A program made the position numbers and the translations under genes. Shown in pieces: positions 35,532 to 44,163 of a stretch of DNA of 64,000 nucleotides. The DNA is from Acutalibacteraceae bacterium (GTDB lineage Bacteria; Bacillota; Clostridia; Oscillospirales; Acutalibacteraceae): positions 5,454 to 69,453 of the forward strand of contig JAZSOW010000016.1 in assembly GCA_045537135.1 (NCBI GenBank), read 5' to 3'. Within the stretch, counting starts at the first letter, position 1. Each line of letters starts with the position of its first letter. The notes under the pieces are model-generated. The model searched no databases and was not told the origin of the DNA. It worked only from the letters and a program-made list of their open reading frames with translations.

Positions 35532-36356
35532 TTATTTCAGTAGCTGCTCCACGGCGTCCACGGCGCCGATCAGCTCGTCGCAGACCACCCGCTCGATCTC
35601 GCCGCTGTCGCACAGAGCCGCCACGTTGGCGTCCATGGGCAGGCGCGCCAGCACCGGCAGACCCAGCTCCAGCGCCGCCTTATCCAGCGCCTTGCCGTCG
35701 CCGAAGAGGGGGATCTCCTTGCCACAGTCGGGACACTTGACGTAACTCATATTCTCCACAAAGCCCAGCACGGGGATGTTGAGCATCGCCGCCATCTTCT
35801 GGGCCTTGCCCACCACCATCTGCACCAGGGACTGGGGGGTGGTGACGATGACGTTGCCGTCCAGGGGGATGCTCTGGTACACCGTCAGGGGCACGTCGCC
35901 GGTTCCGGGAGGCATATCAATGAACAGCACGTCCAGCTCGCCCCACACCACGTCCGTCCAGAACTGGGTAACAGCACCGGCCACCACCGGGCCGCGCCAT
36001 ACCACCGGCTGGGTCTCGTCCTCCAGCAGAAGGTTGATGGACATGATCTTGATGTTGTCCATATGCCCTTCCTGGGGCAGAATGCCCAGCTCGTTGCCCA
36101 GTGCCTTTTTGGTAATACCGAAGGCCTTGGGGATAGAGGGACCGGTGATGTCGGCGTCCAGGATGCCCACCTTGTAGCCCCGGCGGGCCATCATCACCGC
36201 CAGCATGGCCGTAACGGAGGATTTACCCACGCCGCCCTTACCGCTACTCACCGCTACCACCTTACGGATGTGGCTGTACTGGTTGAGCTTTGCCCGCATA
36301 TCCTGCTGGTCACATTTCTGACTGCAGGAGCTGCAATCGTGATTACATTCGCTCAT
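35532..36356 (-). CDS. Mrp/NBP35 (ApbC) family iron-sulfur cluster carrier ATPase
   Basis: Deviant Walker A SGKGGVGKS and the C-x-x-C motif (CPDC). The N-terminal Cys cluster is CNHDCSSCSQKC. Confidence 0.85.
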   Translation of the reverse strand: MSECNHDCSSCSQKCDQQDMRAKLNQYSHIRKVVAVSSGKGGVGKSSVTAMLAVMMARRGYKVGILDADITGPSIPKAFGITKKALGNELGILPQEGHMDNIKIMSINLLLEDETQPVVWRGPVVAGAVTQFWTDVVWGELDVLFIDMPPGTGDVPLTVYQSIPLDGNVIVTTPQSLVQMVVGKAQKMAAMLNIPVLGFVENMSYVKCPDCGKEIPLFGDGKALDKAALELGLPVLARLPMDANVAALCDSGEIERVVCDELIGAVDAVEQLLK

Positions 36357-36383
36357 AACTGAACCTCTCCTTTATATCGTGAA

Positions 36384-36935
36384 CTACAATTTACTGTCAT
36401 CATAACACGCCCGGACACCGCCGATGAACTTGGGGCGAGTACGAGCTGCTAACAGGGGGGCTTCCCCGATCTGCCGGGTAGCAAGACGCACCGGCACCGC
36501 TACCGCCCGCAGGTGCATCCCGATAAGGGTACCGCCGATGTCCAAGCCGGCGTGGGCGCGTACCGCCTCCACCGCTACGGGGTGCTCCATACGCTGCCAC
36601 GCGGTGGTGGCAAAGGAGCCACCCGCCTTGGGCTGAGGCATCACGTTCACCGGCTCCAGCCCATAGGCGCGAGCCGCCGCCGCTTCCAAGATAATGGCCC
36701 GGTTAAGGTGCTCACAGCACTGGGCCCCCAGGTATACCCCCGCCTCACGCAACGGAGGCAGGATGCCGTCCATCACGGCGGCGGCGGCGTCCATGCTGGA
36801 GCCGGTGCCGATCTTCTCCCCCAACACCTCACTGGAGGAGCAACCCACCACCAGGATATCCCCGGGGGTCAGCTTTGCCGTTTCCAGCAGTTCTTTGACC
36901 GCCGCGGCGGCCTGTTCTTTGATCTTGTTCATCAT
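36384..36935 (-). CDS. UPF0340 / TIGR01440 (YwlG-like) family protein
   Basis: The blocks VVGCSSSEV-GEKIGT and QCCEHLNRA match the B. subtilis YwlG family as I remember it. Confidence 0.7.
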   Translation of the reverse strand: MMNKIKEQAAAAVKELLETAKLTPGDILVVGCSSSEVLGEKIGTGSSMDAAAAVMDGILPPLREAGVYLGAQCCEHLNRAIILEAAAARAYGLEPVNVMPQPKAGGSFATTAWQRMEHPVAVEAVRAHAGLDIGGTLIGMHLRAVAVPVRLATRQIGEAPLLAARTRPKFIGGVRACYDDSKL

Positions 36936-37618
36936 ATCGTCATCTCCACCGCTTGTGTAAACAGAGTGTAGAAGGGGGCTAACGCCTTGTAGCCCTTCTT
37001 GAGTTTCTCCACCAAGGTGCTGTCGGCGACGAAGTCCGCCGGCTCCGCCCGGTAGAAGCTCACGTTCTTATAGTCGTACAGGGGGCGCAGCAGCGCCGGG
37101 ATGTCCGGGGTACTGCGAGGGCGGGCGTAGGGCTGTCCCACCATGGTAAAGCCGGCCCGATTGGCCTTGCGGATGGCCGCCTCCACCTGCTGGGGGCGCT
37201 CCATGGCGATCCCCCGCAGGGTCTGCATAATGGCGGGGGTGATGCTGTAGAAGCCCATGCCCCACTCCGCACCCTTGAGGGAAAAATCCATATAGAAGGC
37301 AGGCACACACCAGTTGTTGGCACGCTTGTCCCGCATAAAAGCGATCCACATATTCTCCCGGTACTGGGATTTATCGTGGGTATAGCGGTTGTCCCGCCGC
37401 ACACGGCTGACACAACCATTCTTGAGAGGATCCACCACAATGAGCGGATCGATCTCCAGCATGGTAGGGGCCAGGTCGGCCACCAGGCACCGCAGAGGAT
37501 GCACCACCCCGGCGTTGATGCCAGGCTTGTGCTCCTCATAAAACGCCTTACTGTCCTGAAAGCGGTTTTCAGCCAGCAGGAACAGCACGTCGGCGGAAAT
37601 ACCGGTAAACTGTGCCAT
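36932..37618 (-). CDS. DUF2461 (TIGR02453) family protein
   Basis: The blocks FLLAENRFQDSKAFYEEHK and SRVRRDNRY-DKS-YRE are typical of this family. The ATG at 37618 is 1 nt after the upstream stop. Confidence 0.65.
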   Translation of the reverse strand: MAQFTGISADVLFLLAENRFQDSKAFYEEHKPGINAGVVHPLRCLVADLAPTMLEIDPLIVVDPLKNGCVSRVRRDNRYTHDKSQYRENMWIAFMRDKRANNWCVPAFYMDFSLKGAEWGMGFYSITPAIMQTLRGIAMERPQQVEAAIRKANRAGFTMVGQPYARPRSTPDIPALLRPLYDYKNVSFYRAEPADFVADSTLVEKLKKGYKALAPFYTLFTQAVEMTI

Positions 37619-37619
37619 A

Positions 37620-38528
37620 TTATGCACGCTCCTTTTTCTTCGGCGTGGGAAGCTGTGCCAGTACAATAGCGCCGAACATCAGCACACAGCCAACGACCTC
37701 ATACCCGCCCAAGGCGTTGCCGGCCAACCAGCCGGCCAGGGCACCGAACACCGACTCCAAGCTCATCAGCAGGGAAGCGGTGGTGGGAGCGGTATCCTTC
37801 TGAGCGATGATCTGCAGGGTGTAGGCCACACCGCTGGACAAAAGGCCCAAATACAGCAGTTCCCCTATATGATTCCCGATTCCGGCAAAGGTGGGTGTCT
37901 CAAAAATAAACATCAAGGGTAAATTCAGTATGCCCACAACCAGGAACTGCATACAGGACAGGCGTACCCCATCCACCTTGGGGGAGAAATGATCCACCAG
38001 CATGATCTGCACGGAGAACAGAAGAGCGCACGCCAGTAGCAGGATATCGCTGACACCGAAGCCGGTCTCCCCCATGGCGCACAGCAGATACAGACCTGCT
38101 GCAGCAATCGCAACCCCCAGCCATTGGAACAGGGTAGCGCGGCGACGGAGAAACAGCCCCAGGATAGGCACCAGCACGATGTACAGGGCGGTGATAAAGG
38201 CCGCCTTGCCCTCCGAAGCATCGTTGAGCCCAAACTGCTGCAGGTTGGTAGCGGCGAACATAGCAAGCCCACACAGCAGGCCGCCCTTAAGCAAAGCCTT
38301 ACGCTCGGCGGAGGATGTTGCCTTGTGACTGAGCCCCAGGCGATCCAGCAAGGGCAACGCCAGTGCCAGCCCGGCGGAGCCGATAAGGGAGCGCAGGCCG
38401 ATGACCGAAAGGGCGCCCAGCCCTTCGCCGCCGCTTTTTTGCGCCACGAACGCCACGCCCCATATGATGGCGGTGATCAGCAACAGGATGTTGCCCCGCA
38501 TCCGACGCGCCGTCAACGAACTTTTCAA
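37620..38528 (-). CDS. DMT-superfamily (EamA-like) transporter
   Basis: Ten predicted TM helices in two EamA-like repeats. Confidence 0.75.
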   Translation of the reverse strand: MKSSLTARRMRGNILLLITAIIWGVAFVAQKSGGEGLGALSVIGLRSLIGSAGLALALPLLDRLGLSHKATSSAERKALLKGGLLCGLAMFAATNLQQFGLNDASEGKAAFITALYIVLVPILGLFLRRRATLFQWLGVAIAAAGLYLLCAMGETGFGVSDILLLACALLFSVQIMLVDHFSPKVDGVRLSCMQFLVVGILNLPLMFIFETPTFAGIGNHIGELLYLGLLSSGVAYTLQIIAQKDTAPTTASLLMSLESVFGALAGWLAGNALGGYEVVGCVLMFGAIVLAQLPTPKKKERA

Positions 38529-38544
38529 CGTAACATCCTCTTTC

Positions 38545-39378
38545 CTAAATCTCTATAACCATCCCATCGTAGGCCACCGTAAAGCCTTTTTCGGCGGCAA
38601 TGGGGACAAACTCATGGTATACCACGCCGTCCCCATTGTGGGAGAAATGGGTGAGCACCCACACCGTACGGTCATCGGCGGCACCACACGCCAGTAACTC
38701 CTCCCGCATGGCCTCACACCTCTCCAGAGAAAAATGCCCGGCGTAGTTGGAATGGGAGCAGGCAGAGGTGCAATCAAGGGAGATCATATCCAGTGGCTTT
38801 TGGAGTCCTCTGAGATATGCCATGCTTTCGGGCGGGTATTCCCCAGTATCGTTGGAATAGAAAAGACTCTTACCGTCCGCCTCAATGATATACACCACTG
38901 GCGTGGAGGCCGGATCGTGATTGGCCCGCAGGGCAGTCACGGTATACCGATCCACCGCAAAGGGGGTATACAGGGGAATTGGCTGTATCAGGACATCCTC
39001 ATCGGACAGGTGCTTCGTCTCCTTGACCTCGTTGATGACCCGACATCCCGCCTCATCCGCATAGAATGTGATTGGGGACGGATCCTCATATAATTCACCA
39101 AACCACTTAGCGCGCATAGCCAGCTCCTCCGCGTACAGGTGATCCTGGTGCGCATGGGTGATAAGGCAATGCTTAATGCGGGTCAGCGGCAAGTCGTAGG
39201 TCAAAAAATGCATGTAGGTATCCGGTGGAAAGTCAATGAGCAGACGGTCATCCACCAGTGACTGACTACGAGTGCGGATGCTTCTGCCGCCCGCTTGGCG
39301 GGACTTTCGACAATTTTCGCACTCGCAGAAAATGGCAGGAAGGCCTTCGGCCGCCGTACCGAGATACTGCAGCTTCAT
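38545..39378 (-). CDS. MBL-fold metallo-hydrolase (PhnP/GPMBL-like)
   Basis: Motif HAHQDH, with an N-terminal Cys pair (CECENC) as in PhnP-type enzymes. The ATG at 39378 follows gaggtg. Confidence 0.75.
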   Translation of the reverse strand: MKLQYLGTAAEGLPAIFCECENCRKSRQAGGRSIRTRSQSLVDDRLLIDFPPDTYMHFLTYDLPLTRIKHCLITHAHQDHLYAEELAMRAKWFGELYEDPSPITFYADEAGCRVINEVKETKHLSDEDVLIQPIPLYTPFAVDRYTVTALRANHDPASTPVVYIIEADGKSLFYSNDTGEYPPESMAYLRGLQKPLDMISLDCTSACSHSNYAGHFSLERCEAMREELLACGAADDRTVWVLTHFSHNGDGVVYHEFVPIAAEKGFTVAYDGMVIEI

Positions 39379-39398
39379 ATCCATCACCTCGCCTGGTA

Positions 39399-39414
39399 CT
39401 ATAGTCAATGGGAG
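39399..39414. repeat. Inverted repeat arm ctatagtcaatgggag (proximal)
   Basis: Its perfect reverse complement lies at 39662-39677. The match extends to 18 bp with one mismatch. Confidence 0.85.
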
Positions 39415-39661
39415 TCAAACCCGCCACGCCTGACAAAGGCTCTTTTTGGTTGCGCCATTGCCTTCTCCCTCGGAATACGCCAGTATTCCGTCGCTCGTCG
39501 GCTTCACCGCAACACAAAAATAGTTCTTTGTCAGGTCGAAGAGTTGCTGCAGCCGATTTTTCTGGTCGGTGCAGTGCGAATTTGCCGCAAGGCTGGCGCC
39601 TTACAAAAACGAGCACAATAGCGACGAGAAAAAGCGGCGCATGCAACCGTAGCGTGTTCGG
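39415..39661 (-). other. GC-rich, hairpin-dense non-coding element between the repeat arms (candidate leader RNA or MITE-like insert)
   Basis: There is no credible ORF. Nested helices include ctgacaaag/ctttgtcag (39430s/39520s), ggaatac/gtattcc and ctgcaccga/tcggctgcag. Confidence 0.5.
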
Positions 39662-39677
39662 CTCCCATTGACTATAG
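39662..39677. repeat. Inverted repeat arm ctcccattgactatag (distal)
   Basis: Reverse complement of 39399-39414. It overlaps the candidate -10 of the minus-strand promoter. Confidence 0.85.
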
Positions 39678-39699
39678 CACAAATGCCGTCATTTTTCAA
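39671..39699 (-). promoter_or_regulatory. Sigma-A type promoter reading toward the MBL-hydrolase operon
   Basis: On the minus strand: TTGAAA (39699-39694), a 17-nt spacer, then TATAGT (39676-39671). Confidence 0.5.
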
Positions 39700-40310
39700 G
39701 GCTTTTTGCGGTTTTTAGGGAGAGGAACACGCTGGAACAGACCGATGATCTGTCCGGACAGCACCACCGTCAGCAATGACCATAGCAGACGATCCCAAGG
39801 GATGTACACGCTGGACAGCCCCAGCACCAACAGGTCGCTGACCAGGTACATCCATTGGATGGGTAAACGTGTCACGTGAGACAACGCCATGGCCAGGGCA
39901 TCATCCCCACAGGGGGCGCCGCCCACACGGACGCACAGCCCCGCGCCTACACCCACGAACACCGCCCCCAGCACCGCCGCCGTCAGCGGGTGCTCATACA
40001 GCTGTGGCCACAGAGGGGGGAACTGCTCGCAAACCGCATAGCACAGGCTGAAGCCGCCGGCAGAAACGGCAGAATACAGCAAAAACTCCCGCCCCAACAG
40101 CTTGTAGCCAATGAGATAACACAAGGCGTTGAGAATAAAGCCGGATGCCGCCGGAGACAGTCCCGGCCAATGCTTCAGCAACAGTGTCAAGCCCAACACC
40201 CCACCCTCCGTTACATCGGCCAAAGCGTGGATATGGTACAGCCCGAAGGCCAGTATTCCGCTACCGCACAGAGCGGTCAAGCAATAGGTCAACCGAATGC
40301 CGCGCAGCAT
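39696..40310 (-). CDS. YitT/YczE-like (DUF161-type) membrane protein
   Basis: Five or six TM helices with Gly-rich helices typical of the family. The family call is moderate. Confidence 0.6.
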   Translation of the reverse strand: MLRGIRLTYCLTALCGSGILAFGLYHIHALADVTEGGVLGLTLLLKHWPGLSPAASGFILNALCYLIGYKLLGREFLLYSAVSAGGFSLCYAVCEQFPPLWPQLYEHPLTAAVLGAVFVGVGAGLCVRVGGAPCGDDALAMALSHVTRLPIQWMYLVSDLLVLGLSSVYIPWDRLLWSLLTVVLSGQIIGLFQRVPLPKNRKKP

Positions 40311-40379
40311 ACCATCACCTCAAAGAAAAAAACGGCTGTGCCGCGGCACAGCCGTTTGCATAGAATCGTTCTTGTCGCC

Positions 40380-40628
40380 TTACATTCCAAAGCGCTCCGG
40401 ACGTTTGATGTGATTCCAAGCGTCGTAGGCCTTGCGGCTATCTGCCTCCTCCAGCAGGAGAGTCTCCTCGACCTCCGCTGTTTCCTCCTCGTTGGCGATA
40501 ACCGGTCGTTGCAGTATCCGATACACCTTGCCATCGTAACGGAAACGATAGTGCTTGCCGCCTGCGTCATGCTCGCCCAGTGTGAAAAACTCCCGGGGGG
40601 CGTGATGCTGTCTGTTGTTATTTGCCAT
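40380..40628 (-). CDS. Hypothetical small protein (82 aa)
   Basis: An ORF with RBS ggaggc, directly downstream of the kinase-like gene. It has no known motif. Confidence 0.45.
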   Translation of the reverse strand: MANNNRQHHAPREFFTLGEHDAGGKHYRFRYDGKVYRILQRPVIANEEETAEVEETLLLEEADSRKAYDAWNHIKRPERFGM

Positions 40629-40642
40629 GCCGTTGCCTCCCA

Positions 40643-41242
40643 TCAGCCGATCTCCAGTGCCCGACGGATCAGCTCCACACAGCCATCCCGCCCAAGGCGG
40701 CTGCTGTTCACCGTCAGGTGATAGTTGCTAGGGACACCCCAGCTACGATCAGTATAATACTCGTAGTGGCGGGCACGGGAGCGATCCTTTTTCTTAACGA
40801 CCTGTTCGGCGCGGCGCTCGTCCACGCCGCATACGTCGATAGCCCAACGCACACGATCCTTCATATCACCGCTGATAAAGACGCTGAAAACATCGTAGCC
40901 CTCTTTGAGCACGTAATCCGCACAACGTCCTACAATGACGCAGGAGCCCTGTTGAGCGACCTCCCGGATGGCATTGGACTCGGCGATAAACACCTGATCC
41001 GCCACCGCCTTGTCATTATTGTGACGGTATCCACCGGTAGCCAGGCTGAACAACAGGCTATTGATGAACTTCTGCTCCTCTTCCTCTACAAAATCGGCAG
41101 ACAGGCCGCTGTCCTCCACCGCCTTGTCGAGAAAATTCCTGTCATAGTACGGAATACCCAGCGATGCCGCCAGCTTTTTCCCAATGTCGCTACCGCCGCT
41201 GGCGTATTCCCGGCTGATGACGATGATCTGCCCCTCTTTCAT
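40643..41242 (-). CDS. Cytidylate kinase-like family protein
   Basis: The N-terminus is IIVISREYASGGSDIGKKLAASLGIPYYD, characteristic of the Cytidylate_kin2 family. A candidate promoter (TTGACA, 17 nt, TAAAAT) lies upstream in AT-rich DNA. Confidence 0.7.
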   Translation of the reverse strand: MKEGQIIVISREYASGGSDIGKKLAASLGIPYYDRNFLDKAVEDSGLSADFVEEEEQKFINSLLFSLATGGYRHNNDKAVADQVFIAESNAIREVAQQGSCVIVGRCADYVLKEGYDVFSVFISGDMKDRVRWAIDVCGVDERRAEQVVKKKDRSRARHYEYYTDRSWGVPSNYHLTVNSSRLGRDGCVELIRRALEIG

Positions 41243-41407
41243 GTACTACTCCCCCACGCTATGCTTTGTATATATAATTTTACCTTGTTGCGAAAAATCT
41301 GTCAATATTGATTATCGATATATTTGTGTTGATAACATGTATTAACACTATATGATGCCGGCGTCGGTGACTTGCATGGTCTATGTGCTTAATTTCATGG
41401 TTTGTTT

Positions 41408-41486
41408 TCTCATTGAAAAAACCTCCTTGATACAATGGTAAATGGCTTGGCGACCGCATTACCCAAAAGTATCCAGGAGGTTTTTC
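41408..41486 (-). terminator. Long-hairpin terminator downstream of the XRE regulator gene
   Basis: Arms gtatccaggaggttttt / aaaaacctccttgatac (one mismatch) enclose a nested hairpin. A U-run follows on the minus strand. Confidence 0.45.
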
Positions 41487-41529
41487 TCGCACGAAGGTTT
41501 TTTATCTGCCCCGGTAGTCCCGGGAGCCA

Positions 41530-41850
41530 TCATTGATCATTAATTGCAAACATAAAATTCTTTATTATTTGCTCAAGGTTTATGCGTTTTTCGGGAGGAC
41601 ATTTTCGAATCATTTCCATGACAGGCGAATTCATATCATCTTGTTTTGTCCCGAACAGTATATAGTCCACCGATAAATTTAAAACAGAAGAGATATTACA
41701 CAAGGTCTGGATCGACATACCCTTTATTCCAAGTTCAATATCCGAACAAAATTTGGGAGTTACGGACAGCTTTTCCGCAAACGATTCCCGCGTAAATCCA
41801 AGATACTCACGCTGGCTTCGAATTCGTTTGCCTATGCCCACCCAATCCAT
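41530..41850 (-). CDS. XRE-family helix-turn-helix transcriptional regulator
   Basis: HTH_3 pattern (IRSQREYLGFTRESFAEKLSVTPKFCSDIELGIKGMSIQTLCNISSVL). I chose the ATG at 41850 (gagagg SD); a GTG at 41859 is the alternative. Confidence 0.75.
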   Translation of the reverse strand: MDWVGIGKRIRSQREYLGFTRESFAEKLSVTPKFCSDIELGIKGMSIQTLCNISSVLNLSVDYILFGTKQDDMNSPVMEMIRKCPPEKRINLEQIIKNFMFAINDQ

Positions 41851-41898
41851 CTTAATCACCTCTCATTTACAGTTTAACCCAAAAAGTTGTATTTTGAA

Positions 41899-41936
41899 AT
41901 AAACTATCAGGGTTGACAAACATAAACTATTAGGGT
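41899..41936. promoter_or_regulatory. Two direct 15-bp repeats ATAAACTAT(C/T)AGGGT overlapping a TTGACA/TATCAT promoter
   Basis: The copies lie at 41899-41913 and 41922-41936, 23 bp centre to centre. TTGACA is at 41913-41918, followed by a 17-nt spacer and TATCAT at 41936-41941, driving the + strand zinc-ribbon gene. Confidence 0.5.
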
Positions 41937-42000
41937 ATCATGATATAAACACACAGTTGTTGTGTCAAAATGCTGAAGAAAGCAAAAGGAGAGTAGAACT

Positions 42001-42582
42001 ATGTCATTTTGCCCCAAATGCGGCGCGACCTTAAAAGAGGGCGCAACCTTCTGCACCGGTTGCGGTGCTCAGGTCAATTCAACAGCACAGCCAGTGGCTA
42101 ATCCTGTACAGCCGACCCCCATCCCTGCGCAGCCCGGTTCCAACACGGCAGGCAGACTTCACTGCCCCAACTGTAAATCACACAACATCAGCATCTCAAC
42201 CGAATCAAGCGTTACAGGTGCGGTAACCACCCACCATGGCGGTTTCTCAAGCACCCATGTTTCGAACAACCACAGAAATTATTGGTTCTGTGCCGATTGT
42301 GGTACAAAATTCAGAAACGTACAGAATCTCGAAGAGGAAATCAACAAGAGCAAGAGTACCCCGACGGTCATGTTTGTTTTGGCCGTAATTTCGGCTGCCA
42401 TATTCCTGTACTTATTCACAAACATAAAGGATAATCCCCTTGCAGGACTATTTTTCGGTGTATTCACCGTTGGTGCTGCTGTCGCCGCTGTCGTATTTTT
42501 GATTCTTGGCTTCTATTACAAGGGACAGCTTAAGAAAATGCGCGACGAACTGGCACATCTTAAGGTCAATTGCTTTAACTGA
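42001..42582 (+). CDS. Zinc-ribbon domain membrane protein
   Basis: The N-terminus has CPKCG...CTGCG, and a second pair is CPNC...CADCG. There are two C-terminal TM helices. The RBS is aaaggagag. Confidence 0.6.
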   Translation: MSFCPKCGATLKEGATFCTGCGAQVNSTAQPVANPVQPTPIPAQPGSNTAGRLHCPNCKSHNISISTESSVTGAVTTHHGGFSSTHVSNNHRNYWFCADCGTKFRNVQNLEEEINKSKSTPTVMFVLAVISAAIFLYLFTNIKDNPLAGLFFGVFTVGAAVAAVVFLILGFYYKGQLKKMRDELAHLKVNCFN

Positions 42583-42660
42583 TCTACATTTTAGCCAACA
42601 ATGCACCCGAAGAAGTCTTGTTCTTTTTCGGGTGATATTTTTAGATGTAAGGAGCAAAAA

Positions 42661-44025
42661 ATGAAAAGGCTGATAAAAAAACCACTGACTTTTATATGTA
42701 CATTTACGCTCATGCTTTCTCTTGCCGGTTGCGGCGGAGAAAGTGAAACAGTCGAAGCGAGCAACGCTTCATCCGTATCAAGCGAAAACGTAACCGCCGA
42801 CGGCGACAACAGCCAGGCCCCATCCGTACAGATCTTAAAGGACGCACTTTTATACGAAGCCCAATTCATCGCAGGTTCCGATGCCGGATATGCCGTTGTC
42901 TACAAGGACGAAGCGTATGTCTGCTGCAACGGAAAGGGGGAAATCTTGGGTGAAATCGCAAACGGAGAGCCCTACGCCTGTACAACCTCCACAGGGCATA
43001 CCCTGGTAGATCTTGGCGATGAGTTCGGCGTTGTCGATAAGACGGGTACGCTTGTTTTCTCGGAGTCCTCCTTGGGGGTGAGCGGCTTTACAATGCCCCA
43101 AAAGCCCGAAAAAACGCTTTGGTACGACTATGTCATCCCCTCTATGCAGGACGGCTATCTAATGGTTTACAGGGTTGAAGAAAACTATGAAAGCGTTGTA
43201 TACAGTATTGGCGTTGTCAATATGAACGGTGAATGGGTATCTCCTCTGTCCAGCTCACACCCCATCCTGAAGACCAGCGATAACTGGAATGAAACGAAGA
43301 TAAAGCGGATCGTGTATGCCGGATGCGATGCCTTTACCTTCTGCAACTACATAGCGCATCTCGATATTTACAACATAAAAACCAACAAGACCTCACGCGT
43401 AGAGCTCGAGCTTGGCATCTCTTCATTGGAGGAAAAGGACTTTAAATTTATAAACGGCAAAACCATATGGAAGAATACGTACTACCATGAAACGCAATAT
43501 TACTATGCCGATGTAAACGGCAAGTCGGGATGTTTCCTTGTCGGCGAGGGATCGGGCCGCGGTGGCGAGCATTCCAAGTCGGCTCATATTGATGATGAAT
43601 ACTTTTGGATAGATGGCGAGCTATGGGACAGAAGTAGTTTAACTAAGCTTTCAAAGGATAAGTACAATCTACACTATGAGAAGAAATTCCTCGGCGGCTA
43701 CGAGCCTGTTATCGTTGAAAACAGTGCCGGCACCGAATATTTCGGTCTTAAAAACCAAAACGGCTACAAATTCGAGCCCATAAAAACAAATTTTAGCGGT
43801 TACGGAGCCAGCTTCTATCCCGACGGAAACTACGTTCTTATCACGTTGCCGGGCACTGAAAACGAGGCGTTCATTTACGACTACAACGGCAACAAGATAA
43901 ACCACTTCGACGGAGAGACCTATGCATCCTTCCGACTTAAAAACGGCATCGTCCGTCACTATCACGCTTCCTCCGGCGCAAAATACTTTAAGGCAACCGA
44001 TAGCTTTGATCCCTATGCAGAGTAA
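42661..44025 (+). CDS. Lipoprotein of unknown function (possibly WG-repeat-like)
   Basis: It has a signal peptide with lipobox LSLAGC and RBS aaggag. Repeated beta-rich units contain G-x-x-D-K-x-G / Y-x-F motifs. The repeat family call is weak. Confidence 0.6.
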   Translation: MKRLIKKPLTFICTFTLMLSLAGCGGESETVEASNASSVSSENVTADGDNSQAPSVQILKDALLYEAQFIAGSDAGYAVVYKDEAYVCCNGKGEILGEIANGEPYACTTSTGHTLVDLGDEFGVVDKTGTLVFSESSLGVSGFTMPQKPEKTLWYDYVIPSMQDGYLMVYRVEENYESVVYSIGVVNMNGEWVSPLSSSHPILKTSDNWNETKIKRIVYAGCDAFTFCNYIAHLDIYNIKTNKTSRVELELGISSLEEKDFKFINGKTIWKNTYYHETQYYYADVNGKSGCFLVGEGSGRGGEHSKSAHIDDEYFWIDGELWDRSSLTKLSKDKYNLHYEKKFLGGYEPVIVENSAGTEYFGLKNQNGYKFEPIKTNFSGYGASFYPDGNYVLITLPGTENEAFIYDYNGNKINHFDGETYASFRLKNGIVRHYHASSGAKYFKATDSFDPYAE

Positions 44026-44163
44026 TCCATATTAAATAAGCAACATGAAAACCGGTTGATTTGTTTGAATCTTCCATCTAAAGTCTTGCACTTCGTTCGA
44101 CAATTCATCTCCAAACCGAAAGACACCAAAAAGATACCGCCATTTGGAATGGCGGTATCTTTT

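Noticed and set aside
39379-39699. T-box, cobalamin, TPP, glycine, ZTP, Mn or lysine riboswitch identity for the structured element.
   Set aside because: None of the remembered core motifs is present (T-box GGGTGGTACCGCG, the B12 box, the TPP CTGAGA/ACCTGA pair, glycine GGAGAG...CACCG, ZTP GGGTCGTGAC...CCGCCTGGG). The class is left open.
41280-41492. A 70-aa minus-strand ORF in the AT-rich spacer.
   Set aside because: It has no RBS and an odd His/Ile-rich composition. It overlaps the long terminator hairpin of the XRE gene and the promoter of the kinase-like gene.
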